Shown: positions 49,101-63,216, counted from the stretch's first letter. The stretch is 64,000 nucleotides of DNA from Podarcis melisellensis (GCA_964234715.1 OZ174278.1), one strand, 5' to 3'. Made by a program: numbers and translations. Notes: generated from the sequence alone by a model not told the origin.

Positions 49101-51427
49101 GATCTAAAAACCATTTTGTTCGAAAGAATCTTGAACGACGATTGGAATGGGAAGTGGTTACACTTACAAAAAAAAACCATTCTTCCAGTCCTAGAAGCTA
49201 ACGGGGAAAAGTGAATGGTGTGTCGTGAGAACGCTCCCGCCACAACTTGAACTGGTTTAATACCTCGGTTTGGAGGGATTGTCAGTTTACAACCCGATTC
49301 CAAGCACCTTTACGCGGAAGGTTCGCCACATTAATTTAAAAAGAATCTTATTTCGAAGGAATACATGTTAGCTTGCCAAAAATAAATATCATATTAACGG
49401 ACACGTGGACACGGGCAATTTAAGTTCGCAAGTCTTGTCTCAAGCCTGAACGTGTTTAGGAGACGGGGGTGACAGTGGGCTCTAATCTAAAGATTCAGGT
49501 TTAACAGGCTTGTGGACCGAGCAGTTGAAAAGGCTTGGGGTAGTTCTGTACTAATACATTTTTAAAGCCCGGCACTCCGATCCTAAGCAGTTTGGGAGCA
49601 ATTCAGACCCACTTCGGATCAGGAATATTTCCGCCCTTCGAACTTAAAGGGGTCTAAATGCCCCTCCCCGCCGTATTTAAAACTGCCCCGCTGAAATTCA
49701 AACCTTCTATGGACAGGGGGACGCGAAATAAGCGCGTTGCGTCCAGAACACATTTTTTGTTCGTTTATTCTCTTGCAAGCAGCAAATTATTATTATTATT
49801 TTTAATCAGCACAACCAGTTTAGAAGCATAGCTGGAGCAGCGCGCGAGTATGCGCGGGCGCGGAGTTAAGGACAGTTTGCAGAAAGCTCGCTGCCTCCCA
49901 GGTTTGGGATTTGCCGTTGGCCTTCTTAGGGGAAAGTGTGTTCTTTGCGCCTTACCTTGGAAAGACGCCAATAAGCCAGGAAAGACTTTATTCACAAGCA
50001 TCGGAAAGGATATAGAACGAGCAGCCACTCACCCTGTGATCACTTTCTGGGCTCTGGGCTCTACAGGTGCTAGAGTCTTAGGTCCCTCCCCCCCCATGGT
50101 CATGGGATGTGGGGTGGCATGGAAGTAGAGCCAAAATAATTATTTTTTACCTTGCCCCCACCCCATGGTAGTTTGGCACACATAGTGCCCTTTTGTGCCC
50201 TTAGGAAAGGATATCCCTAGTTCCTCCCAGGTTGCATCGTTCCTGCCACCAACCAGCATGTATGCACCTTGACTGTGCGAGGCACAGTTCCATTTGTCTT
50301 CAGAAATGCACACTCTCATCATGTGCTCCGTTTAAAAATGCCAATTTCAGATTATATTTTCAAATAATTTGCTCATTTAGTGGAGAGAGACAATTGACTT
50401 CACCGACAGAGAAGGTTCAATTAGTGGGACTGGGGATTAAGGGTGCAGGTTTATTTTTCCTAATTATGGGGTGTTATTGTAATAGAGGCACATTTCCACA
50501 AAAGCAGTGATTGGCAGCTTTTGTTGAATTACATTGTGAGTTGCCTTACACAACTGTCTCAGAAAGGCATATATGTGTTGAGGTTTTGGTATTGTGCAAA
50601 TCAGCATTTATGTATTAATGAACTGATAATCTATAACAGGAGCAATTTTATGCGCAAGAAGCAAGCCAGTGTTGTTAAGCTGGTGTAAAGTCACACCAGA
50701 TCCAAACTCTGTTCAGGAGTGGGGCTTCTGAGCCAGGCTAAGCCTGGCAGAGGGAAAACAAGCCACTGAAATAGTGTTTGAGTTACACCATCCTTTTTTG
50801 CTGGCTTAATTTATACCAGGTTAGGATCCAGTCTGTCTCCCCTCTCTGATCCTGCCCCAACCACAAACAGGAATGTCCCCTTGATCATCCCTTTTTCAGG
50901 GTTTACACCATTTTACACCAACTGGGCTTGGTGGAGATATGCTACTGTAGCTCGGGTTGAGCTGAGGAGGAGGAAGTTAACCTACTGGATCAGCTGGAGA
51001 TCCACTAGATCCTAACCTACTCATCCCAGCAGATTTTACTGGAGGGTTGTTCCCTAAGGATGCCATCCTGTATCTACTTTCCTAGGAGTACACAATGTGC
51101 ACATAATTCTGAGTAGACACTTGCATAAAATTGCAGTACACGAAGGAAACAATCAATAAAACATCCATTGACAACCCTAGTTATTTTGTTTTCCTGTCCA
51201 TTTCCTTTTCTTTGGATTATATTGTTTAAGCTGTAGGTAAACATTAATGAATTAACCAATAAATAGTAGGGATATATATCCAGCTTCTCATATATTCTTG
51301 TAACTTCACATCCATGTTCCTAAAAACCACATTGAACTACTACTACTAACATTAGTAGGGCATGTCCGTGAGAAGGGGAGAGTTCATTCATGTGACATCC
51401 CCTTCAATAAGTAGGAATCACCTTATG

Positions 51428-51943
51428 GCTGGGTACACACTACTGTATACGTAAATTGGGTTCCCCAAAAGAATCCTGAGAACTGTAGTTTGTTAAGGGT
51501 ATTGGGGATTGTAGCTCTGTAAGAGTAAACGATAGGGGACACGGGTGGTGCTGTGGGTTAAACCACAGAGCCTAAGGCTTGCCAATCAGAAGGTCGGCAG
51601 TTCGAATCCCCGCAACGGGGTGAGCTCCCATTGCTTGGTCCCTGCTCCTGCCAACCTAGCACATCAAAGTGCAAGTAGATAAATAGGTACCGCTCTGGCA
51701 GGAAGTTAAACGGCGTCCGTGCGCTGCTCTTGTTCGCCAGAAATGGCTTAGTCATGCTGGCCACATGACCTGGAAGCTGTACGCTGGCTCCCTTGGCCAA
51801 TAAAGCGAGATGAGCGCTACAACCCCAGGGTCGTCCGCAACTGGACCTAATGGTCAGGGGTCCCTTTACCTTTAAGAGTAAATGATAGCTCCCAGGACTC
51901 TTGGTGGGTGAATGTGCTTTAAAGGTATGGTGTGTGTGCAGCC
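51428..51943. mobile_element. Decayed MITE (GGCTG..TACACAC termini) interrupted by a SINE
   Basis: Inverted termini GGCTGGGTACACAC / GTGTGTGCAGCC; internal arms match the uninterrupted relative at about 54063-54222. Confidence 0.55.
51536..51873 (+). mobile_element. Sauria-type SINE, near full length
   Basis: tRNA-derived head with A/B boxes (GGTGGTGCTGTGGG; GTTCGAATCC), GTGCAAGTAGATAAATAGGTACC core, (ACCTTT)-type tail; 15-bp TSD AAGAGTAAA(C/T)GATAG at 51521-51535 and 51874-51888. Confidence 0.92.
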
Positions 51944-51992
51944 TAAGTCAGACCATAATAATTTGGTGAAAGGTGTGTTATAAATACCATAG

Positions 51993-52000
51993 AGATAGAT

Positions 52001-52038
<38 letters not shown>

Positions 52039-52064
52039 GATAGATAGATATAGATAGATAGATA
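51993..52064. repeat. (GATA)n microsatellite
   Basis: Direct reading. Confidence 0.95.
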
Positions 52065-54292
52065 CGAACTTAATAACAGGCTGCTATATCAGACCAAATG
52101 TGAGCAGATAATTCTGTTTTCAGATTAATGCCTGTGGGAAACCCTTAAACAGAGCCACAACCCTCCCCGAGTACCTCCTGCATTTTATGTTAACTCTCCA
52201 TTGGTCCCACTGCCTTAAGATCAGAGCAGCCTGAGGAATCAACCCCAGAAAGACAAGTGCTATTTACAAATCATAGTTGATGCAGAACTCAAGCTACATA
52301 ATTCAGAATGTTTCCAATGGTTCCAAGTCACTGGCATTGTTTTGGAGCATGCGGCTTTGCAGCTACATTCTGTCCCACCAGACCTAAACCCAATAGCTAT
52401 ACTCAGGTCCACATGACTAACTGGTCATACCAGCTTCAATGTTCTTTGCTGCTAGGACTGAAAAGGGGAAATATCACTTGTGAAACAAATGGATCCAAAG
52501 TTTAAACTTGGGAGTGCCCAGATGCACTGTGGAGATTCTTAACCTCCAAGAGGGACATGTGAGAAAATATTGCAGCATAGAGTGATTTTGTTCAGGGTTC
52601 CAGTCAGCTCTCCCTATTCCAAACAGCTCTGCCAATTCCAAACTACTCAGTTTCATTCCCCTTCCTCAATAGGCAGTCAGCATTATGTGGCTACACAGCA
52701 TGCTGAGTCCTCCTCATGGGGGTATTTTGGGTTCTCTTCTCTTTAGGCTTCCCCCCTCCAAATATCTGTTGTACTTCTGCAAACCTTGTCCCCAATCCTG
52801 ATGATGAGCACCTTTTCTGTAGGGTGGCCACATGTCCTGATTTACAGAGGACATTCCTCATTCCTCTGTTTGAAGGGCTATTTTATGTCTGGTTTATACA
52901 TAAAGAGCCATCACCAGAAGCAAGAATGGGGGCCTTGAAGTTGCCCATTTAAACAGTAAGTACCTGGACAGGAGAATAAGCAGGCACACAGATTACTTTG
53001 ATCTCAGGTCTTCCCCAGTATGGTGTAAAGTACTGTATTTCTAATTAAATTTATAGAATAGTCTTAAATTTGCATCATATGTATAAATTAGCACATGCAA
53101 ATATCACACAAATCTGTGTATCCCCCTGCTTTTGGATGTGATGCTTCCATTTTGACTCCAGAAGGATCCCCACTCAGAGAACGAGTTCACTAGGAACTGT
53201 CATTTGAATTCTTTTCATGCTTTTTCTCTTTGAGCATCACAATGATTTCTGTGCTTCCTTTTCAGGAAAGCTGTCTCACTAAACTTTGCTGTGGTACTGG
53301 AGGAATAAGAGGATGCCAAATGCTGAGGTGATGGCCAAGCACAGGGGAGGGACACCACTTTCACACCCTGCTTCTAAGCTGCCAGTGACACCTGGGTGGC
53401 TGCTGCTGGATACCAAATGCTGGACCAGATGGGCCTTAAGAGTGATCTAGCAAGGCTATTATTGGGTTTGGACCTCCTGGATGTTAAATAATGGAGGAGG
53501 GTGGGGAAGAAGTCTCAACATCTCCTGGTGTACTCAAACCAATGCAGAACAATGACTTAATGTCAGGACTGACTCAAGACATTTTCCTGTGTGAGTAATG
53601 GATAAGTTGGTGGCCTCCACTCCATTACACATAAAGAATCTGATTTGACTGGCACTATCAAGAAGATGGAAATGGATCATGGAAAGTAGCTGTGGGGAAT
53701 GGCTGCATCTCCAGCAGCTGCCTCATTCTGCCTAATGGTAGGGTCAGACCTGCTTGATTGGTGGTCAGATAAAAAACAATACAGGGCTTCTGCACCTTGA
53801 ATAGCTGTGCGGAAAAGGTCACCCAGGCTCTAATATGCATACATCTTGTTTTGCTTATTCACTTGTTTTTATCCTGTATTTTATTCTGTGAACCGCCCTG
53901 AGGTCTTATGATGAAGGGCAGTATAGAAATCTGATAAACAAACAAACAAACAAAATAAAGATTCTTATATGGCTGTCAGGGACAGGAACAGCCACTGGTT
54001 TTGCTGCATTGTGCTTACGGCACAACAAAGGAAGCTGCCTTAAACAAGTATTTGTCCATCTAAGGCTGCATACGGACTATACTTTAAAACACATTCTATG
54101 CTCATTTCCCTCCTCGGTACTGTAATTTGTAAAGGGTTGCTGGGAATGGTAACTTTTAAGAAGCAGAGAAATAATGTGTTTCCAATGTGCTTTAAAGGTA
54201 TAGTGTCTATAGTGTATATGCCAACTAGGCTACTGTTTGCTCTGGCAAGGGATCTCCAGGGCTTCAGACAGAGGTCTATCCCACCACCTAGT

Positions 54293-54443
54293 CTGGGAGT
54301 GGGGAATTCTAGCCCTTACCCTTGGCCCTCCAGATGTTGCTGAACTACAGCTCCCATTATCCCTGGCCACTGGCCATGCTTGCCGGGGCTGATGGGAATT
54401 GTAGTTCAGCAACATCTGGAGGACCAAAGTTTTCCCATGCCTG
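54293..54443. mobile_element. MER5-like palindromic hAT MITE
   Basis: Inverted arms CCTCCAGATGTTGCTGAACTACA / TGTAGTTCAGCAACATCTGGAGG. Confidence 0.8.
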
Positions 54444-55104
54444 GTTTATGGCTTCAGCTTCCACCGCATATGCCTTATTCTATGCACTACCGGGCCTGCA
54501 CAGCAGATCCTGGAATCAGATCATTAGTCCCATTGACTTAAGCAATATTATACTGGTTTGTACTCTATTACATAGTATGACTGGTTTGTAGATCAAGCTG
54601 GTTGTTAGTTCCCATGGGAACTTCCCATTTTCCACTTGCAAGTTGATTTTGTTTCAATGACTGGGAAAGTTGGCCTTGATTTGACAAAAAAAGAAAAGGG
54701 GGGAAAACAAGAAAAGGTAAACAAGCAAATAATAGTAGTATCCTTGTTCCAATGTTTATGTTCAACCTCCAGGGCTTAGTAATATTAAGGAGTCCTCATA
54801 CTTCAATTTTCTTTAATTTTTGTTTACCCGGATTATGTTTTCTAAGGCACTGGGAAAACTCCCACACAGGAAACAGCCCTTAGAAGAGTAAATATCTCTG
54901 CTGAGTGTTCCACAAAGACGCTGTTGTATAGTCTCTCTGCGAAGCCAATGATACTAACAACAGTAATAAAAACATTCTTTTTCAAAGAATTGGCGTCCAG
55001 TACACCCAGCTATGCATGTACTAAAATATTGTATTTGAACCAATACCTGTGGAAGGATTAAGCTTGCTGGCTAAATACCTGTGTAGAATGAAGTATAATA
55101 TCAC

Positions 55105-55220
55105 CAAAGGGGTAGCTATGTGAGTCTGCTGCTGCAAAAACAACACTTCTTGTGGCGAAGAGACTAACAGACTGATTTATTATAGCAAGAACATTTGAGC
55201 GACTTCATCAGATCCATGAA
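55105..55220. mobile_element. Decayed Penelope-like repeat fragment
   Basis: GTAGCTATGTGAGTCTG..GCAAAAACAAC..TCTTGTGGC..AGACTAACA..ACTTCATCAGAT; similar to 63217-63342. Confidence 0.5.
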
Positions 55221-56427
55221 ACATTATTCTCACTCGGCAGATACCTATGAAGCCTATCACCCCAGGCCAAGTTGTAGATCAGCAACATCTGAGGTGGCGG
55301 TTGGGGTGGGGTAGGATGTGGAGAATGGTTCTCGACTCTTGATAAATATGTATATGTACTTATTCACACAGGCATTTGATTCCCTGACAATAAGAAATAC
55401 GTGAAGAGACTGGGAAGAATACATGGGCCAACCCCATTCTCAGCTGCCAATGCATATATCAAGCATGTTCCCCAATCACTGTATGTTCAGTATCAGTTTG
55501 TAGAGAGATGCATGCACATGTATAAGCTTTCCTCCATGGGGATGGAAACCCTGATTGAGCAGGATTCCCATTCTCACGGAAGAAGCCCTATGCATGTGAA
55601 CACATGGCTACCTTTAAACTGACGTTGAACACAGGTTTTCATTAACCCCTTCATGTGTTTGGTGCCCACAGATATTGGACACCTGAACAGAGCTACATAC
55701 ACCTGGTACAGAGACAGTTCTACCTATGGACCAACTGCTCAATTCTGCTTGGAAAGATTCCAAAACTCTGATTAAATCTGAATTAATCAACCAGCAATGC
55801 CAACACGATTTCCTGGGCCCAATATACTGATGGATTGAGCCCTCTACATAGACCCACCCACAATCTATTGGCAAGATCTAGCTTTACCTCAGGAAAGGCT
55901 GAACCTAGGAACCTGGTGCAATTTTCATACTTGTTTCTGGTAGTTAAATAAAGTTATCCTAGCCTACCTCACAGGGCTGTTGCAAATATAAAAGGGGGAG
56001 GGGCATTTAAGATGCACAATTTTGAGCTCCTGGATGGCAGGATACAAATCTACTATATCACAAATCACGTGAAGAAAAATAGACATGCAAAAGCCAGAAA
56101 AGCAGCTCCACCTTGCTTTTATCGCAATGTTTCATAGTCAAATTTACTACAAAATACCCCCCCCCCAAGTCTGTCAACTCTGATGAACAAGCAAGCAAAC
56201 AAACAAAACTCTAAGTATGTGCACATTTACAACTTTGGCATCAGAAATACCAACGATCAGCCTAGTCTACATCACTGGGCTGTTGTGAAGATAAAAAGCA
56301 GGAAGGGGAAGGCAACATACACAGCTTTGAGATTTTGCGGAGCGGGGGCAGCAAAATATAATTATACAACAACAGGTGATAAATACCAATGATAGCAAAA
56401 CACCTTAGCAAAACACAAACGCACAAC

Positions 56428-56573
56428 CAGTGGCGTAGCGTGGGTTGTCAGCACCCGGGGCAAGGCAAGTAATTTGCACCCCCTAACCCGTGGATTTGCG
56501 CCCCCTAACCCTACCCCCCAGATGTTGCGCCCGGTGCGGCTGGCCCCCCCTGCACCCCCACGCTACGCCACTG
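56428..56573. mobile_element. Young non-autonomous hAT MITE
   Basis: 17-bp perfect TIR CAGTGGCGTAGCGTGGG / CCCACGCTACGCCACTG; perfect 8-bp TSD CGCACAAC (56420-56427, 56574-56581). Confidence 0.92.
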
Positions 56574-58365
56574 CGCACAACATTTTGCTCTCTTTGTTGA
56601 ATAAAAAAGCATCACTGCTTTAAAGTTGGCTTATGGGGCACTTATGGTAACTTGTTGCAGTAGCAAGGTGCTTTTTAATTTTTTTGGCTGTACTTGCTTA
56701 TTCATTTTGCATTTTATATTTTTGCTTTACTGTATATTAATAAATAACAGCCTGGTGATGACAAGCAAATAAGTAGTGAGGGGGGTGGGACATGGAAAAT
56801 TGGAGCGGGGCGGCGGCGGCGCGGAACAGGTCATTGAAATGTCACCATTTTTTCTCAGTAGGAAGGAAGCACCATTCATTTCAAGGAAGTTACTTCCAAG
56901 TAAAGCATACCAAGCAGCACATTTGGGGAGTGAATGAAATAATGTGGACAAGGTGGAAAGTGCTTAAGCAAACATACCGCAAGGCAGACTCTCCTCCATC
57001 CAGCATCATGCTAGCAGCAACAAGATTCTCTGGTTTCTTCCTGCTTCTCTAAGAGGCCTCCCTTCCGAGGGGTGGTCAGCATTCCTTCCTCTGATTGCTT
57101 AGCAACACTGATTAAGCATCCTTAGCAACAGCAGCTTCTCCGTATCTGCCATCTTGGAACTGTGCTTCCATGTTTTGTTTTCTAATTTTCTTTAGAAATG
57201 CTCGATTTACCTTCATTTTTTTTTTTTAATGAAAGCTCTGAGTCTGGGGGCCCTGCTTGCTTGGGGCCTAGTACTTGTGTACCCCATTGGAATCTCTGCG
57301 AATAATTCAAAAATGAATTCTGCTTCAGCCGTTTCACTCTGGAGCTCCTATCTGAAGCCTTTTTTTTATTGAAGGACAATGTCTCTGAGATCATCAGCGG
57401 AATATCCTGGGAGACTAAAATGTTCTCCCACTGGCTTCTGAATGTGGTCATTATTGTTAGATTTCTGTCCATTTACTGTCTTGCTTGGAGACTGACCGGT
57501 TTCTTGCTTGCAGATGGCAGAAGGTCATTACTGGCCTTCGATGGCAAACAGAATATTTCATGATGAGGAAGTTAATGAGTCCCCAGTGTTATCAAGGCCA
57601 CAGTCTTTAACCTGGAAATAAGCTCTGTGGAACTCCAAGAGACTACTTTCTGAGCAGACATGCAGAAGACGGTGCTGCCGAGTCCTGTAACAGTGTTGCC
57701 GATGGAGATCTAGGAAAATAATGGTTTCATTTTAGGGCCTAGCCCTTGAGTTCGGCCCTCTCCTAGATAAGCCTTTGTAGCTTTGTGAGAGCCATTTTAT
57801 AAAAAGAAACTGACTGTGAGGATGGGCCTACTGTCCAAGGTGTTTTCAAAGGCCTTGACTTGCCATTTCTGTCTCTCCTTCTGTTCTCTTTCCTCTTGGT
57901 TATTAAAATTTTGTAACAATATCGGGTGGTAGAACCTTGGAAAAATCTTCAGTTATTGAAAGCAGACTTAAAACAAACATCCAGGCCTCCTCCAAACTCC
58001 TGTGAAGAAGGCCCTCTTCCTCCTCTTCCAGACTGACTTCTGGAATTTTCCTAGAGGCACAGGCTACTGAGCATGTGGTGTTAGTAAGGAAGAGGGGTTC
58101 AGTCAAGATGCCTTTGTTTGTTTTGCAATGTATTCTCCTGCTCCTAATAACGCTAACAGCATGGGTTACATACATGTGCAAGCTTAGAATAAACCCTAGG
58201 TCTCGTCCATCCATTTTGTAGTTTTAAGAAACACACATTATGGAATTCCTTCCGGTAGGAACCCCCACTCAAGGGAACGGAACAAATGTATTTGCATTGA
58301 AAGGCTTTTGGCTGTAAAATATAGATCTCAGATGTATTCTGAGAGGAACCTTGAAGCATGTAGAT

Positions 58366-58586
58366 CAGTGGTTCCCAATGTTTTTTTGGCCATGCCCCAC
58401 CTAAGCATCTCTAAAATCCTGATGCCCCCCCATGACATACAATTCTTATTATTCAAAAAGTGAACTCCTGTTCACATGGAGGAAGCCTAAAAGGTCATTA
58501 ACTTGATTTAAACGAGCTTCCAAATTGCCCCCCTTAAAAATCAAAATGTCCCCTGTGGGGCATGTGCCCCATGTTGATAACCATGG
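58366..58586. mobile_element. Non-autonomous hAT-Charlie-like element
   Basis: Termini CAGTGGTTCCCAA / TTGATAACCATGG (decayed TIR); TSD ATGTAGAT / GTGTAGAT. Confidence 0.75.
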
Positions 58587-60523
58587 GTGTAGATATATGT
58601 GACAGTCAGCAGTGCCGAATTCAACCTTGTGGAAGGCCCATGGCAGTTTAAATCTTGGGGAGTGGGGAGAGGCTCGCAAGTTATCTCCTAATAAGTTTTT
58701 GTAATTTTCTTTCAAAATCAAATCAATATTATTTTGATCTGTTGATGTGGGGCCCCTAAAGGCTCATAGGCCGATGCCTAGACTATTTGATAAATCCAGT
58801 TTCTGGAGTGAAGCGGTGTGAAGTCTGTTGCCCAGCTGTGCCACGTAGATGGCGAGTGAATCTGTTTTGGGGACTGGTCTCGCCTCTGATTGTTGCTGTT
58901 TTTAACGTTTTGTTAAAAACGTTTTAATGGGGTTTTCCACAGACCTCCTTTCCTGTGGGTCCTGATGATGACAGTGCAATTTGTGTCTCTCAGATAAAGG
59001 GAGGGGGAAGGCTTTAGGTACCAGAACTGCTGAAGCGTTATCTTATCAGTCATGTTCACTGTGGCTTTCCTACACACTGTGAGGCCCTGAAATATATCCC
59101 TGGCAAGGCAACTGAGCTGAAGAGTCAATGGGTCTCCAAATCTGCAATAACTGTGGGTGATAAAGGATCCCCGTCCTGACAAAGAAGCCAAAGGTCGGGG
59201 GAAAGGCACAAGACCAGCCACTGCTGAGCCTCTTCGGCTTCTACAGCCCAGCAAACCCCAAAGTTGTCCTGGCAATAGTAAGAGCATCTCAGCCAGAAGC
59301 AGCTGGGCAGGGATGCAGGGAGGAAAGGCGAAGGGGATACTACAGGCCTTGCTGCCTCATGGAAGTTATGAGGTGGGTGAGGCCTTTGCTGTTTCTGTGA
59401 AGAGGCAATTAAACACAGAGCAGGGAAAAGGCTATGAGAGTTGTGTGGTATTTTTCTAGTGCCCATAGAGAATGAGAACTAGTGTGGTATTGCACAGAAT
59501 TATAGGTAAAGAACCTCCTTTGTCTGAGGTGGAGTGAATACTGGCCAGAGGGGGTGAAGGCCTTGACCTGCTGCCACGTCTATCAGGATGAATTCTTCCT
59601 CAGTATCTAGTTAGGTTATTTGGTTTATACTTTACTTTGCCCTGGAAAAGGTAAAGAAGCATCCATTTGATTAGAGTATGGCGACTGTAGTATATTATAA
59701 TGACTGTCTATCCTGCAGTTATTAAAGTAGTGAATGTATATAGACCAAGAAAATTTTATTAAAAGAATAAGTTAAGACAATTTGGAGTATGCAGGAAAGG
59801 ACGAAAAGAAATGTACAGAACCGCAGAAAGAGGGGGAAGGGAGTCGAAGTTGAAAATGTTAAAATTATGGTTAAATAATTGTAGATGTAGATAAATGAAA
59901 TAATAATAATAATAATAATGATGATGATGTAGCTGCCCTCTCCAGTGTATAACTATAAAAATATGTAATGGTTTTAACAAAAGCAAAAGCATGGTCTGAT
60001 GTGTGGACTGAAAATAATACATAGGAAACTGGTATAGCTTGCAGGCTAAGAGTGTTTTAAGAAGTCCCTAGTTTCTGTACATACTTATTTAGAAGAAGGA
60101 AATCCTTGAATTCAGTGGGGCTTTGTTCCATGTGGGTAATTCTGGGATTGCAACCTTTTTAGTCAGACCATTACATCTCGGATTCTACCTCTATCTATAA
60201 TATAGCTTATTTTACACAGCATTAGTTTGTTAATGTTTGTGAAGTGGCTGGAACATCTGAAGTACATTACTGTATCTAAAATCTGAAAATAAATTCAGTC
60301 CATTCTGAAACAGCAAATATGTCACTATTTATTGAATTCTGTATCTTCATGCTGTCAGAGAAATGTAATGCTTTCCAGTTGCATCTACAGTAACAATTGA
60401 GACAGCAAAAATTCTCATGCTGCTCATATATAATTGAGGGTGCTTGGTGACACATAAAGTTCAGTCCTGATGTGACACTCCCAGCCACCCCTAAAAAAAT
60501 CTGTCTGCTTTGGAGCAGGGCAA

Positions 60524-60603
60524 ACAAAATGAACACCCATAATACAAAATGGACACCCATAATACAAAATGGACACCCATAATACAAAATGGACACCCAT
60601 AAT
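60524..60603. repeat. 20-bp minisatellite, 4 copies
   Basis: ACAAAATG(A/G)ACACCCATAAT repeated four times. Confidence 0.95.
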
Positions 60604-60669
60604 CTAGTTAAGCAGCAGCAAAATTCCAATAGCTCTGTTTTTACTTTTAAAATATAATGTAATCATTTA

Positions 60670-61157
60670 CCGTATTTTTTGTCCCATAGGACGCTCCGTC
60701 CCATAGGACGCACCTAGTTTTTTTTGGGGGGGAAATAAAGAAAAAAATGTTTTCCTTTATTTCTCCCCCAAAACCAGGTCGGGGAACAACGGGATGGCAA
60801 CGCTGCGCGTCCCCGCTGTCCCCCGAGCTTGTAGGGCTGGCCGATGTCTGCCTGACGCGAGGGGCGCTCTGCTTCAGGGTGTGTTGTGCGCCGGGCGGCA
60901 GGTTGCTATCCGCAGCGTGGGGAGCCCTGCGGGAACTCCTGCAAGGCTGCCTAGGCTGTGGATGTGTTCCCGAAGCGCCGGGTGCTCTGCTTTCAGGGTG
61001 CCCGGCGCTCCAGGAAGCAGGCTGCTATCCGCAGCCTAGACAGCCCTGCGGGAACTGTCTTCCTGAAGCCTGGAGAGCGAAAGGGGTCGGTGCGCACCCA
61101 GATTTCCCCTTCATTTTTGGAGGGGAAAAAGTGCGTCCTATGGGGCGAAAAATACGG
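60670..61157. mobile_element. Non-autonomous Tc1/mariner(pogo)-like element
   Basis: TIRs CCGTATTTTTTGTCCCATAGGACGC / GCGTCCTATGGGGCGAAAAATACGG flanked by TA on both sides; GC-rich interior with an internal direct repeat. Confidence 0.88.
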
Positions 61158-63216
61158 TATATTAATTTAAGCAACTATGTAAGTATAGTTCTATAGAACG
61201 TATGCTCACTTGTGGATCAGTGGTTATGGAAGTGCTAGCAGTGCTAGCAGTGATCCACTTCACCCTTTCAGTACTCAACCCTTTCACACAGCTTCACACA
61301 TTGCATTTGGGTTACACATAGGCATCTGGTTGGCTACCATGAGAACAGGATGCTGGACTAGATAGGCCAACAGGATCTTGTTACATCTTTCTTGAGATGA
61401 CCTGCTGTGCTTGCTCATGGCTCAAATCCTTCTTCAGAAAAGAATGGGGGTGCGTAACATCAGTCCCTATGTTTGGCTGGCAGTATGAAGCCTTTGCACT
61501 GGCCAACATACTGAAATATTTGCCTTCTGTCCAGGGCCAACCCATGACATTTTGCTGCCTGAGACAAAGTACAAGATGGCGTTCTCCCCTCCCACAGCTC
61601 TACCAATGTACAGAAACTGACTGGACTGGCAGCTGAATTTGGTGATGGTAAGGCTGCCCCTGCTTTTCTCTTTGCTTTTTTAATGAAATAGTACATCCCT
61701 ACTTCAGCCATTTCACTTGGGAGATCCTGTACTAAAGAACATCCCCTCTGTTAAAGACATATGTTTAATATGCATAAAGTATTATGCGTGTACGCATTGA
61801 AGTTAAAATGCTATGCAGAGAGGTTTACATTAGGCAAGAGAGGTTTGTCAATGAAAGGCTTGGTGTTTCTGTTTCAGTCTTTAGGTTAATCAATGATTGC
61901 AGGGGAAACCTAAGGGATCTCTCACAGCAGGAAGGTGAAACTTGAGAACTTAGCGTTTTAGTTCGTCCTTACAGCCAGCGGCAGTAGAAGCTCAGCTCAG
62001 TGATCCTGAGCAAGCAAGATGCTTGGATAGGATCTCTCTCTCTGAGACCAGAGAGAGGACAGTTTTGAGACTGTAATAAGGACTAAAATGAAGTCTGGGC
62101 CACATTGCTAGTTTGTTAAATTGCAATGTATTACTTTGTATTTTTGCAATGCTTTATTTTGTAACTAGCCTAAGACAGTTCTGCAGTAAAACTTTTGAAA
62201 CTCATTCATTTCTACTCTGCATAAGGTACAGAGCAGTCATTCCACTTGCAACAACTTTTAACACCCTTTAAAATAGATTCAGTTATGGTTGCCCTCAATC
62301 CCGGAGTGCAAGATTGCAGTTTTGAGGTGGATGGATGGGAAAAACACACTCTGGGTTTTTATGGAGCAAATGTCACTCCCCCCATTTTCATTATACGGCA
62401 CAAATATTTAATAAGGTATTTGCTCTGATTAAACTTATAAGGCAGAGCACAGCACATTGGTTTCTGATTCCCTTTCCTAATTGTTATTCAAGAGTGTATG
62501 GACATATGTCTTGGCTGACCCTTCTTGATTCTGCCTGTAGGCATCCCAGAACGCTGTGTTTCTACATTCTCCAGGGTCATTTCTTTCACTTCTTTGGAAC
62601 ATCATTTCTGGAGCAGATTGGGGAATAGAGATCTATTAAGTTTCTGGCAGTTCTTTCACCTGGTTGGAACAGCCTGCTTGACTACACACTAAAGGATAAA
62701 AAGCCTGATGGCCATAAGGTCAAACTTTCAGAGAGAATAAAGCAGGCTTGTGGTATAAGCTGAATATTAATGTCTAGACTGCTGCCTATATTGCAAGCAG
62801 AATGCTACAGATACTTAACTAACAGGGGCTGCTTGAAGTCCCACTGCTGAAATTACCCTTGAAAAATGGCAAGGAATATCAGAGTGTAAAGGATTCATTT
62901 GCATTCCTTGCCCTACTGTTTTGTTCTTAATATCATTGTTTTTTTGTTTTATACTTAATATTGAATATTGCTGTTTATTTTTATATCACCTTTTAGCTCC
63001 AAGGAGCCCCAAGTATTCCTCCAAACAGGTTTTTAAAAAACCTTGCTGAGAATTTCCCTTCCACAACCATACCATCATCTGAAAAGGTACTTCTGATCAC
63101 AAGCTCTGGGCAGAAGGACCTCCCTTTTCTCTAATTGTGTGACTTTTAAATGGACCAAAACCCAGTTTTCTAGGAAACACCTTTATGCCACAGATAATCA
63201 CCATAACACAGCATTT

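Noticed and set aside
60524-60603. CRISPR-like repeat array
   Set aside because: Head-to-tail 20-mers without spacers in a vertebrate genome; a minisatellite
60670-61157. CpG island or promoter of a next gene (e.g. PCCA)
   Set aside because: Bounded by TIRs and TA duplications, so it is transposon interior; no PCCA or CLYBL exons were recognised in the window
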